A stretch of DNA of 64,000 bases from Cetorhinus maximus. Its lineage: Eukaryota. Location: positions 97,092,001-97,156,000 of the forward strand of contig NC_135890.1 in the NCBI RefSeq assembly GCF_964194155.1, in the 5' to 3' direction. The notes below the pieces were generated by a model. It did not search any database, was not told the DNA's origin, and worked only from the letters and a program-made list of their open reading frames with translations. A program made the position numbers and the translations under genes. Shown one piece after another: positions 48,633-63,240 of this stretch; the stretch's first letter is position 1, and the number at the start of each line of letters is the position of its first letter.

Positions 48633-50399
48633 TTAGATTTAGCCAGATGACTAGAGGAGGACAGCAACACTAAAATGAATGCTGGGATGAAAATAAATAA
48701 ATTGACATTTGGGGGAAATAATTCAGAGTTCTCGTTTCTGCCTAGCAAAGCTGAAGGTGAAACTATGGAAAACTAAGAGTTTATTTCTATAACTGAAAGA
48801 GAGGGAAGTGTTCAAACACTTCATTTCACTTGAGGCCATGTCAAAGCTGCTTATCAGTGAAAGGACAGGCTATGCTAAGGGTGAGAGACAGTGCCCTCAG
48901 CATCCCACAAAATGCTGGGGAGATACTGTGGAATGACCTGCTGTAATTACAGGTTGTTATTGTTCTTGCCAAGTGAAGTATGCTGTATTGCAGCCTACAA
49001 GAAGTCATCCTGTTAGATCTCAAGTCAAGTACAAATGTTTGACTTGTAATAAACTAACCTATTTTGTCATCTTTTGCGTGCAGTATGTTTATTGTTGAAG
49101 CAAATCAGTGCAGCTTATTATGGTTGTCTGGAACTCAACTTTCGTATGCTGAGATTAAGGGAAAAGATGACAGGCTGAAGTAATGCGATTAACTTTTTAC
49201 TTCAAAGTTACTGTATTCTATTTCCACACTTCAGCCCAAATGAAGTTTTCTTTTGTTCTTCCAACTCCCTGATCAGAATTTAAGTTGTGCATACTCTTTT
49301 TTTTGCAATGCCTGTTGTGTTCAATCTGCTGATAGTTTAAATACAGTGAAGGCGCATGGAGGAGGAAAATTGGTTGCACAGGACCCTCACACAATTTCTA
49401 GCAGTCAGGTACTAAGAGACACTGATAGAGGTCTGGTAGCAGGTTCACCTGATCGTAGAGGAGGTGCATAGTGCCAGGAAGATGAGGAAGATAACAAAAT
49501 AGGGAGGAGAAAGAAATCTTGTGTCAGTATCATTTTGGATATTGTTGGAAAATACAATTTTAAAGAATGACTTAATTTTTGTGCTCTACGTCTCAGATTT
49601 GTAGTTTATATGACTTTAGCAAATTTGTATTCGATCTGTTACCTCCAATAGGGGTGGGTGACTTGAAGCTACTGTCTTAATGTGGTTTGATGTTTAATGG
49701 TGTTTATTTGAGTATTAAATGTAAATGTTTTCACATCTTTTCTGTACCTTTCTGGTGGTATGTGCACATGTATGTGGGTTATTGGTGCATTTATGCAGGC
49801 TGTACTTTTTATTTTTAACCATCCATTTACTCCTGCAGATGTTAGCTCGGTATAAGGCAATATAAATTGTTTAACAGGGCAAACTAGAATACTAATTTTC
49901 ACTTTTTGCTGCAGCTATTGGCCTCAGGCCTGGGTTCCATCCAAATGATACCTGTTAGTGCTATGGGGTTGTAATTTTAATTCTGCTCAGGAGAGTGCTC
50001 TGTACATAAGTGGTTAAGTGCATGTTCTCAGTAGGTTGAGTTGAAGTAAAAGTAATAGGTCCATATTTGCAACATTTTTATTTAATTCCAGGTAGATTTA
50101 AATAGCGCCCAGGATGTTGAAGGGACCTTCCTTTAACCTGGTTTGATACCACAATGGAGTTGTACTTGGATAGCTGAAGGGATTTAAATAGACTGAAATT
50201 GGACTGTTCCATTGTTTATACATGTTTTTGGTTTTGTTTTGGCTTGTTACCTTTTTAGGAAGTAAATTCTCCAGGGAGTTTTTCACTCAGTCTGGATTCA
50301 GTACAAGCCCCGATTATAGATTTAAATCCACTTTAAGTTGTGGTATAAATGTATATTTGAAACAACCTGATTGTTCTGCAGTGTTGAGACATTGACTAG

Positions 50400-51135
50400 T
50401 TTTTTTTCTTCTCCCAAAAATATACTTTATTCATAACAGTTTGTAAAATTATATTCTGTAATGGTTCAAATTGTACATCACGGAAAGTGCAAAACAGCTT
50501 GAGTTATTTCCATACGTCATGAGGCACTCTGAGCTGCCTCAATACAATTGCAATTACGCATGACATTTACAATATGCATTTCATGACAAAGATAATGCCT
50601 GAGACATTTTACACAGTTTCAAGCCTCTTGGTTAACTGTGGCAGGTGGACCTTAGGCAATGTCCTTTTGCCCAGTGAGCCTTTGCAGCAGCTGCTCAAAG
50701 CTTTAATGTGTCCCTCATCACGTGGTCCTGGACTTTGGAACGTGCTAGTCTGAAACACTCAGGTCGTGGATAACTCTCTGTACTGGAAGACCAATAAGTT
50801 TCAGGCAGACCAAAGAGCGTCTTTCACTGAGTTGGTGGTCCTCCAGCAGCGGTTGATGTTTGTCTCAGAGTGCGTTCCTGGGAATAGCCCATATAGCACA
50901 GAGGCCTCCATCATGAAGCTGCTCAGGGTGAACCTCGGTAAGTTCTGCTGCATTTCTTTCCAGACCTTCTTTGCAAAGATACGTTGCAGAAGGAGGTGGG
51001 CGATGGTCTGCTTTGAGGGCCATGTGCAGAGGGGTTGAGAGTTTGGGCGTGCAGGAAAAGATCTGATGCAGTGGGCCTGTCTCACCACCAGCCAAGCTAC
51101 GTCTCGGCACTTGAAAGTTCTGGCAATGCAACATA
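50400..51135 (-). mobile_element. Tx1/L1-clade LINE 3' fragment
   Basis: Minus-strand DVAWLVVR..TIAHLLLQRIFAKKVW..VLYGLFPG..VKDALWSA (zf-RVT-type C-terminus); AATAAA and A-tail at about 50400-50432. Confidence 0.75.
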
Positions 51136-54100
51136 CTGACAAATAACTTTGAAAGCCTGTTCAGGGAACCATCCGATTAGTTTTTACTTTTCAAATGTAA
51201 GGTGCTTGGTAAATCATGACCTTTTGAGTCTGAGCATTCCCTGATGTATTTATACTCTTAAACCTGGTGGAAAAGGCAAATAACTGAAGCAACAACAGTC
51301 GCATACAATTGGGTGTTGAGCTGGAAAGTGTTGGTAGTTCCTTAAGTAGTTGGCCTTTCGTGGGATTAATTTAATCACGGTCCTTATAGTGAAAGACTGC
51401 ATTCAAATCGGAGATAATTATGGATAAAATATGTACCTCAGGAGAATGAATGCATATAGTGTTTGTGTATCAAACATATATCCAAGGAGAATAAATGCTA
51501 TCAACAAGTGTCCTTAAGCATCTGAAGGGATTCAAACAGTTAATGTAACCACACTTCTGCACTGTTTATATCTAATGTTTTGGCTTGTGTTACCTTTATG
51601 GAAGTCGACTAAAGGGAAAAGTTAATGAGTCGATGCAGCTGCTATTCATAAATGACATCAAATGAAACAATGTTGAATCAACAGTGGATATGGCATTGAA
51701 TAAAAACATATTTTGAATGGAACAATGTGAAGCTACTCAGCAACACTGTTTCCTCTTCAGCCCCCCCAAAGTTAAACTTGTTTAGGAAATAAATTATTTC
51801 ACACTCTGCACTGCCGGATTTGAGACAGAGGTAAAAGTTGGATCAGAAATGAAAATTTATGTCAGTCTGGAACGGCTGAGATGGGAGTTAGGTAAAGATT
51901 AACAACCAAGGCAGTGGAAACAGCATTGAAGTTGGATTAGTTGTAATCAGGCCTGGAACGCATTCTTCTTTTGGGTAGGGTGTGGATGTCGGTGGTGGGG
52001 TTTGTGCACCTAAATTCACTGAAAACAGAAAATGATTGGTGTGGACGTGATTCTCCCTTTGTGTAACAAAATGAAATGTCTGTTTATGAAGAATGTGCTT
52101 GTGATTTCATTACAAATCTCCCTCACTGTATTTGCCAGAGAAAACAAAATGGGCTATCGTTTTGAGGACTGGTGTAAAATGGTAGAAATTGAGCTGAAAC
52201 TGTGCTTGATCTCGGTGTGTCTAGTTCTGGGCTTTTTGTGTGTTCTTTTTGAAATGACCTCCAATCTCTGCTGTGGGATTTTGCCCTGTAACTGAAATTA
52301 AACTCTGATTAAAAATGTAGAACATATGAAGGGTAGAGAATCTCTAAATAGGCCTGCAGCACAAGGGCGTGGGCATAAATTATATAGTCAACATTGTTTT
52401 CACTTAGTTAAGTCTTTTCATGAAATTTGTACTCTTGACGTACTCCATTAATCTTTTAACTGAGCTGCAGTAACACTTGTATGTTTGCATTTTACTTAGG
52501 GTCTGGGCATGTGCATGCATGTGTACCCGTATATTCCGGTAATGTGTCCAGGTTTCTCTCATGCTTTCCTTCTTTTCTCATTTGGTTATGACCCACTTTT
52601 TGGCAACCGATTTGCTCCTGGCATGATTCATCAGTTTTCTTTTCACCAGTTAGATGTGCTTCACGCAATAAGATTGTGACTGGGCTGTGATTATATGTTA
52701 ACTGTGCCTTACCACACTGGTACATTCCAGTGGTGATTGCTCAGTCTTTTTGTCTTGTAACATTGGTACGATGCCTGCATTCCCCATTATCTACATGAAT
52801 AACAAATCACCCTTAACCAACAAAGTTGTAGGCAACTTCTCCCAAGATTGTCAGTGTTGCTTGAGTAACTTTGCCTATTTGCTTGCTTTTGTGGGGAAGT
52901 AATGGTTTATATTTGGTATTTTCCGATGTTTGATTGAAAGAAACTCAGCAATTAGGAATCTTAAATGGAACTTCTAATATTCTGTCACCACACTTACCAT
53001 AATATGGTTTTGATAATTCTCAGGAATCCTCCTCGCTTTTGAGTTCATTATTATACAGTTTGTATTTCTTATTTTGAAAAAGTGTGTATTTTTCAGGTAA
53101 TTGGCAAATTGCCTTTTCATTTCTAGAATCGGAATCAGTATGAATTGATCAAGGGTCCTGTGTTGAAATTCTAGTGAACCATGGATCACCAGACAAAATT
53201 GCTTGGAACTAAATTAGCAATTTAGCTGAGATTACAATGCCCAGTATGGGAAATGTCATCATTCTGCAGCATTAGTGTCCTCTTTGAGTACAGAGTACAA
53301 GGTAGTTTTATTTTCTTACCTTGCTTTTCTGTACATGTCTGAGGAGTCATGGGTGTGGAAACTGAGGGAGTGCTGCATGCCCCAGCATTAAATTTTCTGC
53401 CTACACCAGTGCAAAAGTTCACCAAAGTAATTAAAAATGCATAATTTTCAAACTATGGTATTCCTCCTTTGGTTTGGTACGTACTGACTAGTGCAGTATA
53501 CCTGTTACCCCAAGATATTTTCCTATTAAGGCTTGAAATATGTTTCACCCAGAGGAATACATTTCAATAAAAATCTGTTGTTTGAAGAATTTAGAGCCAG
53601 TGTCAATTTGTACTGTCCTTTTATGACATTCAAACTAATACAAAATATTGAGTTTTCTATTTTAGAGTGTATCCAATTTTGTCATGACCATAGTGAGTTG
53701 ATGTGCTGATAATTTGCGAGTGAGATGCTGTTAAGCGCTATGATTTTGCATTTTTAACTTTGTTTTCCGCACATTTAATAGACTATGCAAATTATAAGCA
53801 TGATTTTTGATGTTTATGTCTTGCATTTCAATTGAGACAATTTTAAAATGCATGCAGAAGTTTTGTGAGTAAACCTGCTGCAAAAGGAACCTTGTTTTAT
53901 AAGTTAAATATATTCGCCATTCTCCTTTCATGCTTTCAATTATTTTAATTAAGCACGTTTTTATGAAGGAAAATGCATCCAGAGAAACACACAACTAAAA
54001 GCTCTAAGGGTTCATTTACAAGTCTTTGAGCTTGGAGTGCAGCAGTTTGCATTTATTGAATGTATTTGGATACAGTAAATGAGAGTGAAGGAAGGGCATT

Positions 54101-54248
54101 TTTAAAAAATCAATATGTGCCCTTTTACAGTGCTTGAAAAGGTAAACCGACACAGCCTGAAGACGCTTAAAAGACAAATTGTGTAAGAAATGCACTGAAA
54201 TGAGTTAAATGCATACAGATGCTTTTTGGGTGTGTGCTGCCTTATTGA

Positions 54249-54479
<231 letters not shown>

Positions 54480-54849
54480 TAATGCAGTAAAGCCACTCAA
54501 TTGCATTTCAAAAAAAATTATTTCATGGGATGTAGGTGCTGCTGCCATGGTGAGATTTGAACCCATGTCCCCAGAGCATTAGTCTGGGCCTCTGGATTAC
54601 TAGTCCAGTGACATTACCACTACGCCGTGGTCTCCCCCTTATGAGTGTGTATGTATATAAAATCGGAGTGGGCCCACTTTTTTCATTCTTGCTCCTCCTG
54701 TTAAGATTGGTATGTCCATGTGCGTTGCCACCTTGGAAGGGGCAACCTGGGAGCCAAAATATCGCTAATATTGACCTGCCACTTTGAGGTCAAAAAACTG
54801 TTGTGCATGAAACAATCTTGTTTCTTTTTTTCCACTTTGAGGCTTTTTC

Positions 54850-55228
54850 ATGATTGTTTTAACATATTTTGCTAACTTGATAAACTGGATTCCAAAATTG
54901 TACACATTTTGGACTCGGGTCCTTGCAGGAACTCTAACTTGAAGGGTAGGGAGCAGGACATAATATATAATTAGAGCTAGATCAGTTAGTGAATCAGGGA
55001 ACACTTTTTTTTCACGGTACTAGCAGTCTTTCTCTCTCACAAAGGTAGTGGACAGTGGGGTCAGTTGGAATTTTGAAGGCTAAAGATTTTTTTTGCTGGT
55101 AAGGGTATCCAGGGATGTGGAGCACAGACGGGCAAATGGAGCTGATTTATGAATTAACCATGATCTGATTGAATGGCAAAGCAGGCTCAAGGGGGGGAGC
55201 TGAAAGGTGTACTACTGTTCCTGTGTTT
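54850..55228 (+). mobile_element. Old CR1 3' fragment
   Basis: ..aggacataatatataattagagctag..caggaacactttttttcac..ccatgatctgattgaatggc..actactgttcct. Confidence 0.6.
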
Positions 55229-55795
55229 CAGTTATGCGAGAGAGCGGAAGATACTTAATAGCGTTATGGAAAATAATATGGGACTAAGTGCTCAGTTACT
55301 AAGATGCTGGTTCCAGGTCTATTCAGCAGCAAGGTACAGTTGAACTATTGTATTTTGTGCTAAACCTGCATTCATCAAGTTCATGACTGAAGGACAGCAG
55401 GCAGCTCATTTTAAATTGGTAGTCGTCGACTGATTTTCCACAAGAAGGCTGGCTGCAGAGCAGAATTCTTTCTCCGGTTGCACTTTCAGTGCTATGTATT
55501 TAAGTACGAACAGAATTTTGGTCTTTTTTTTCATTCACCTCTTTAATCCTCCACTCCTAACTTTCGAACAGAGCAGCGTATTGCAGGGTGATACGAGATA
55601 TTTTAGGAACAATTAGATTTCGTCCAGTCTGGTTTTGAGAATTTGCTTTTTTTTCTGGCATGGGGAGGATAGATTGAAAAACATGAAGAGAAATTTGTGT
55701 TGATTTCATTGGAATTGGTGAGTGTTTTAATCTTGCCTTTCTTTTTTAGTTCTGAGCTTATTAAATTATAACAGCAAAGCTCAGATACCTTAGCT

Positions 55796-56768
55796 CAGTA
55801 CTCCCCAAACTATTTTCCAATCTGACTCAATTTTGTCACCTGAAAATTAAAGTGACCACAGACAGCAGCAGAAACAAAACAGCAATAAAGCAGAACATTC
55901 GGTATATAATTATTCAAGTTCGTATATTAAAGGTCAACATTGCATCATATTTAAATTGTGTTTTGAAGCACTTTGTAAAAATGTTGTTATTTTATGATCT
56001 CATGTAGGCTTCAGCCAAACTCTCTCTATTCCTTGGTGACAGAAGACTCAATGAAGCCCCTCTTTTTTTCCCCACCCTGCCGCAGCCCCTGCAGATGCAT
56101 TGTAATCAGCCCTTCTCCCCGACCACATACATGGCCTCTTCCCAACAGTATACACACATGCATGCACACGAGTCCCTCTTCCCAACCCCCACCCACCCAT
56201 CCATCGACTCATTCACTCAGCAGCCCTTCTTTCCAACTTTCCCCTCTCACATTCCATGGCATCCCGCAACTCCCTGATGCTCCAGCCCCTCTCCCCTCGC
56301 ACCCCTTTTTGGTCTAGTTGCTGGTACCCGTGAAGCAGAATCACTAGCCTGGGGTAAGAAGCCAGTACAACAGCAGAGACAGGAGCAGAAACACAGTAAA
56401 GTTTGAAGCTGCCACTCACCTTCCTGGCTCAGCTGCGTGATCTCCTGGTTTTTCCCGCACTCGTTTGGTGACCGAGTTACACTTGCTGGCCTCTACCTGT
56501 GCTAATTCAGCTCACAAATGTCCTGGGCCCACTCAAGCTCGCCTCTAGGAGTGTTTTCTGGAGCCAGAGCGCACTTTGGGCTCACTGTCCGCTCTGTGCT
56601 GTTTGGAATTAATCCAGTGGGTCCAGGGTTGTCCCACTGGAGCCTCCGGACTGAGTCGTCTCCTCTCCACAGTCACCATTGCGGCCTCGGAAGAGGGAGC
56701 GCTCAGAACCCCAAATGTGACCTCTGTGACTCCATTGGGCGTCGAGACCCACGGTTTGGGAATCCTTG
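55796..56768. mobile_element. hAT (Charlie-like) non-autonomous DNA transposon
   Basis: Imperfect TIRs cagtactccccaaac / gtttgggaatccttg; degenerate 8-bp TSD ccttagct / ctttggct. Confidence 0.7.
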
Positions 56769-58019
56769 CTTTGGCTAATGTAAATGCTCCTTTTTGTAAC
56801 TCATTATTTCCCTAATGTTGCATGCAAGCAAGCTTATTTTGCGCAAAAAAATTGCGTGTTCTGAACAAGGGATGATTAATGTGTTTACATTGACGTAAAG
56901 AATATATTGAAGGATTGCAAGCGTACAAAAAACTGATGGACAGGGAAAAAAAATGGCTGCTCCATTGAGCCTTTCCCATAGTCAAGTTGCAAAAAACACC
57001 TTGACCCCACAATTCTTCCAACTCACCAGCAGAATAGCCATGTTGTTTCCTGGGGGGAGTTGGGGGAGCACCCCAAGATGTTCAGAGAATAAAGACACCA
57101 GAAAATTTCTGTCCAAATCACCAAAGGTGATCAAAACAAGTTCCATGAGGTACATTAGCTAACATCCTACCTGCACTTGTCAGCCTCAACCATGAAATCA
57201 TCCCTGAAATTTGCTTCAAAGGTCAATGACCCTCTGAAGTGAAAATTATTGCATCAACCTAGTTCTCTGCTTCTGTCTGCCTAAGATTAAAAAAAAGATA
57301 AACCAGGAAGTTATAGGTCAATTTGTTTTGCCTCAATTGCTGGTAAACGTTTAGAGTTCATAAATGTTCACCAATTTCAGGCCATGTTTTGAAGGGAGGG
57401 GCAGTTGAGATGAATTTGTGAATGATAGATTATGTTCGATTGAATTTTAACTATTAAGGAACCTGTGTGTCGTTGAGTAGAATGCAGTGAGAATGCATTT
57501 TCAGAAAACGTTATTGAGACTTCACAAAAATTGAAGCATATTGTGGCTTGGGGAATGCAGAAACCAAAACATGGTGCTAGATGGATATTTTTAGGATGGA
57601 TGGGATGTAAGTAGTGATGTGTCTCAGACAAGAGTCCAATGATGAGGTTCGTTTTCCATTTGTATACAGGTTATTGGAGGGGGAAGTTTCACAAATGGAC
57701 ATTGAGATAGAGACTACAATTTTCTTTGAGGGAAATGGATGAAAAGGAAAATATAAGGGCTTTGGGGAAAAGGAAGAAAAATAAGATTAGACTAAATAGC
57801 TTTACAGAAGAACACCAGCGTGAAGCGAGTCGCAGCCCCTCTATACTGTAACTTTTATATCAATGGAAAAAGTGGATCCACAGCAATCAGCTGAGATCTT
57901 ATCCTGCTGGTTCTCCAAATAAATTGGAACAATTATATCTCTGCATAGTTTTTTTTTTCTAAAGCTTGCTCTTGAAGGTTAAGAAGGGAATAACAGATCA
58001 TCTACAAATAGAACAAGAT

Positions 58020-58390
58020 GCTGCAGATTACTGAGTTTTGGGCGAGTTGCTAGGTTGGGATTTCCTCTTCTTGCCTTTTCTGTCTGCCTTCCTTTTATAT
58101 GTGTTTGTTTTTGAAGGAGACCACACTTTTTTATTTGGTTGTGCTGGGTGAACTCTTTCTTCCACCCCCCCCACCACTCAAAGGTCAATATCAAAATCCT
58201 AAGTGAAGCCTCTGGAGCGTCCTTGTAGCGCTTTCTTTGACCATCATGACAGCACACCTGAGACTCAAGTTGTAGAACCTCCTGAGCACAGATAAGCCTT
58301 AGCAGTCACCTACTTACCCACTGGAACCCTACCAAATACCCCCGATGATGAACATGGTCATCTTTGCCTCAAAGGACGAATAAGAAGAAA
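58020..58390. mobile_element. RTE-clade LINE 3' fragment, apparently with an internal inversion
   Basis: Minus-strand GQRKRYKDAPEASL (RTE ORF C-terminal pattern) next to a plus-strand tail gtcatctttgcctcaaaggacgaataagaagaa that resembles positions 74-108 of the window. Confidence 0.5.
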
Positions 58391-59770
58391 TTGGATTACT
58401 TGAATATTATATGGTGGTGAACCAGCCAGGCACAGTACTAAAACAAATTGATGTGCACCATCTTGGATAACAAATAATTGACATCCTTTCACGAGAATTG
58501 GAAGGGTTCAATTTAACCTTTCAAATTACTTACAATTTAAATTAATTGTTTAGTGGGTTGATGGGAAGCCATGGCTCAGCGTTGAACACTCAGATTTGCT
58601 TTGAGAATAGGTAATGAGCTGTATTTGAAATGGTTTATTTTTCTTCTAAAGATTATTGACAAAAGAATAAATTTACTGTTAGCAATGATCCATTGAATTT
58701 TGATTGGCACTGACATTACCACTGTTACTAGCCATAGAGCCATGTTAGGGTATTCTTTCACAGGATTTGTCATGTGACCCCACGAGCTAGGAGAATAAAT
58801 CTAATTATCATAAACCAGGTTTTTGACTCAGATTTAAGTAGATGATTTTGATGAACAGAAAACATGCAAATTCACTGGCGCTTTGCTTCAAGTGGTTTTC
58901 AGTTGGTTGCTATGGTTTGCTGTTGCATTAAAATGATTACTTAATTATGAAATGTGGAAATTGAGCTCACAAATCCAAGTGTTTAACTGTTGCACCACTC
59001 TAACCTATTTTTATTACTAAATTAATAGGAACAGGAGTAGGCCATTTGTCCCTTCTGTCTTTAGATTTTGAAACCACCTGACTTTTTTGTGTAGCAATAT
59101 TTCAGGTGTTCTGTGTTGATTTTGAGGCATTGAATTTGAACCACTCAAGTAATTGCGTAGACTCATTTTGAGATGTACTTTGTGCTTATGATGAAGCCAC
59201 GTACTAAAATATAATGTTACCAAGCCTGGCAAAGTGTCTAATAAGATACTACAGAAATTAAAAATATTTGTAGTCTCTTAGTATTTGGTATAGCAGGACA
59301 GTACTGTAACAATTAAGACTGTGCCATCAATTGCATCTCTGCTTTGAGATAGAGGGCCAGAAAAAGGGAACCCATTCTTTCAGTTCAAAGAATCACCCAT
59401 TTTAGTTCAGTTCACATCACCTTATTGTGCATGTTTGAGGAGTCTTATTTGTATTCACAGCAAGGCAGTCGTGATGTCCTTTTGACTGACCTTATTGTTT
59501 TATTAGCAGGGTTGGCGAGGGAGAAGGTTTGATGACGTGCTCTGACTAGCAAACTTTCATTCACAGCGGTTTGTGAATAGTTTTCTAAAGGCACCTAATG
59601 ATTACTTTTCAAAGAAAAAATTTTGGAAAATATAAAAACATATCAGTGTTGCTCCAATTAACTTGACTGGCACTGATTCCGCTTCACAGTTAAATCCTTT
59701 CTATCGTGGAAGATTAGCTAGGCAATGCCAAATGCAGAGCATGTACACATGGCTCTCTGCTCTCCCTTGC

Positions 59771-59948
59771 NNNNNNNNNNNNNNNNNNNNNNNNNNNNNN
59801 NNNNNNNNNNNNNNNNNNNNNNNNNNNNNNNNNNNNNNNNNNNNNNNNNNNNNNNNNNNNNNNNNNNNNNNNNNNNNNNNNNNNNNNNNNNNNNNNNNNN
59901 NNNNNNNNNNNNNNNNNNNNNNNNNNNNNNNNNNNNNNNNNNNNNNNN
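59771..59948. other. Assembly gap
   Basis: N run. Confidence 0.99.
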
Positions 59949-60574
59949 TCTGCTTCTGCTTTGTTCCGTCACTTTTTTGCAGCCGTCTCTCAGCTGAAGC
60001 TTGGCATAATAGATACCACTTAACGTGTTGTTGATCAGGCGGAAGTGTGAAATGTCATGTAACTTTCAAAAGGTTTGCATATAGAAAACCTTTTCAAGTA
60101 TCTGCTTGGTCGGAAGAGATAAAAGGCTATTTGGAAACTCTCCCTTGTGCATAATTAGCTTACAGCAAAGGCTTGGTGACCATAAACTGTCTTGCCTACT
60201 TCCTTTTTTAAACCCCCTTGTTCATTACATATGGGCACTTTCAGTGAGTGGAATTGCTGGCCTTTTTCTCTTTGTTGCTCTCCCCAAGTCTGGATGCTCA
60301 GGCTACTTTGTAGTGCTTTTCTTTAACCTTTGCCACTCCTTGCATCTAGGTTGAGAATGAACTAGACAAAGAAAATAAACCTTCCTGGTGTAAATGACTC
60401 AGTACTGCATCAACGAAGCAATTACTCAATTAGGCAGCCACTTCAAATTTTGTCTGTAATTATTTGATGACACCAGAAATTTCATGGGACAAAAGGTTTG
60501 GCAATTGGAAGTACCATTGCAATCCAACCACTTTTTAGAAGTATACTGCAACTAGAATCCACATTTTAATGCAT

Positions 60575-60850
60575 TTAATAAAGTTACATTTCAGATGTCT
60601 TTCAAGATGCCCCAAAGCATTTTACAGCCACTAAAGTACTTTTGCAATGTTATCATTGTTGTAATGTAGGAAAAGTGGCAGTCAATTTGTGCACAGCAAT
60701 GTCCCACAAGCAGCAGTGTTATGATGACAAGATAGTGTAAAGGGATCAATATTGGGCATCATTTGAGGGATAAATAGTATAACAGGGATAACGCGTGTGC
60801 CCTTTACGCCCAGAGGGCAGAAGAGGCCTCTGTTTAATGTCTGATCCAGA
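60575..60850 (-). mobile_element. Decayed DeuSINE
   Basis: gcacagcaatgtcccacaagcagcagtg..tgagggataaata..agagggcaga..gcctctgtttaatgtctgatcc. Confidence 0.65.
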
Positions 60851-61211
60851 AGACTGATGAAAAATATTAAGAATAAACAAAGTTATTAAACTTCAGTGCA
60901 GTCAGCGTGAAACTAAGCCTACTGTATGAAGCTGGTTGTTGTACAAAGCAGCGAATCATGAAAGTTAATATTTTACAAATTAGGAATTTTTCTAATCTGT
61001 TCCTACAGTTTTAGTACCAATGCTTCAGCAGTCTTCAGTAGTCCTGAGAAGTAACATGTATTTGAGCCCTATTTTGATTGGAAGTTAAACTTTGCCAGAA
61101 ATTATTTTTAGGTTCAGCAGGATGTCATTTATACCTCTTGGCTATTCCATACTCATGAATTCTTCATCGTCTTCAGTTGTGATGATGGACGCTGCCAATG
61201 ATGTGTTTTGA

Positions 61212-61556
<345 letters not shown>

Positions 61557-61814
61557 TAGTGCAAATGCTGATGCTTGGTTTAGTTAAAACTTTATAAAAT
61601 ACATACATCAGATAAGAGCCACTTGTACCCAAACCACATATATTGACGTGTGTTTACGCAAACAGATCAATATCAACCCTGCTGTATTTGGGTATTAGCA
61701 AGTCTTGATTTGTGTCTACAGGTGTACGCCTAAATCAATGTAAGTCTGTAACAGTGTTTCCAGTCTTGCTATGTGCTGATGTGGTTTTGCGCAACAGTTT
61801 TCATAACTCATAAG

Positions 61815-63240
61815 AAAGGAGGCAGAGTAAGTTGTGTCAGTAACAGCAAGAAATTACAAAAGGACATGGACAGTCTAAGTGAATGGACACAGTTGTGACA
61901 GTTGGGGTTCAGTGTGGAGAAGGGTGTTATCCACTGTGGATCTGATGAAAATCAAAATATTTTCTCACTGGAAAGGGTTGAGAAGCTTGGTACTTACTTG
62001 ATAAGCTTTCCTTCTGTAGTCTTCCACCAGGGAATTTTCACGAGATGCACAATGAGTGCAGTTGACGTTCACATTAGTTAAAAATGTTCAACAGATTACT
62101 GTTAAATGAATCCTTAGAGAGGGCATGGAGATTAAGGTTTGTAAAAGATTATTCCAGTCCTTAATTGACCTAGGAAAAAGGAGTTAGGAAAGGAAGCGCG
62201 TTTGGGTGTATGCTCTTGTAGCAGTTGGTTATGAGCTCTTTGATCTCAGCCACTTTTGGGCTGAATGTACTACTTAGAAATATTTAATTATTCATTCAAA
62301 ATTTTATAGAAGCGTGTCAACCTATGGGCTTTTCTTCAGTTCTGGAGTCTGCCGGCCTAACAACGTGACTAGCTGGGAGACACTAGAATCTCACAAGTAA
62401 TTATTTTTAACAAAATGAGCTGCCCAGTGTTGAACTTTCTCAAGCAGGATAATATTTTTAGCATTATATGGGTCCCAGGCGGCTACGCCATACTTATAAG
62501 TGTGGTCTAACCAATGTTTGGTACAGCATTTCCTTTACTGTACTTGAAGAGTGATGGAAGTTCTGTTTCATGAACCCAAGCATTTTGGATATGTTGGAGG
62601 TTGTGTATTGACTTTGTACATTCCACTTTAAATTATTTTGGCTATGGGTTCCAAAGTGACAGCATACTTAGCTGTGGAAGAGTGAAAAGGTTTGGGTGTC
62701 AATGTGTGCAAATTGCTGAAAGCTAGTGCATAGGTGTGAAAATCATAAATAACTGCTAATGGAATATAAAATGAGGAAGCGATGCTTCAGTTGTACAGAG
62801 CCTTGGCCGGACCCATCTCGGATACTCTTGATTGTGAAGACTGGACATCGGGGAAGATATATAGGCTTTGAGCAGCATAGGTTCACCAGAATGATACTGG
62901 GGTTTAAAGGATTAAATTATGATGATGCATAAACACGATTTTGTAGTCCCTCCAGTTTAAAGATTGACCTCTAATAGAAATCTTTAGAATGTTTAAGGGA
63001 TTCAATAGGGCAGGCACTTGATGAGGATTCCAGAATAAGGGGGCAAAATCTTAAAATTAAAGCTTGGCCAATTTAGGAAAGAAGTCAGGAAACACATTTT
63101 CACACAAAGGTTAGTGGAAACCTTCAACTTCCTTTCTTTCCAGAAGAGTGTGGACGCTGGCCCACTTGAAATTAAGACAGAGGTGAATAGATTTTTGTTA
63201 GCTATGGTGTATTAAGGGACATGGAACAATGGTAGATAGA
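61815..63240 (+). mobile_element. Heavily decayed CR1 LINE fragments in intron 5
   Basis: LQKDMDSLSEW, MLQLYRALAGPHL, RFTRMILG and RGQNLK..RKHIFTQRLV-like remnants, interrupted by other sequence. Confidence 0.6.
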
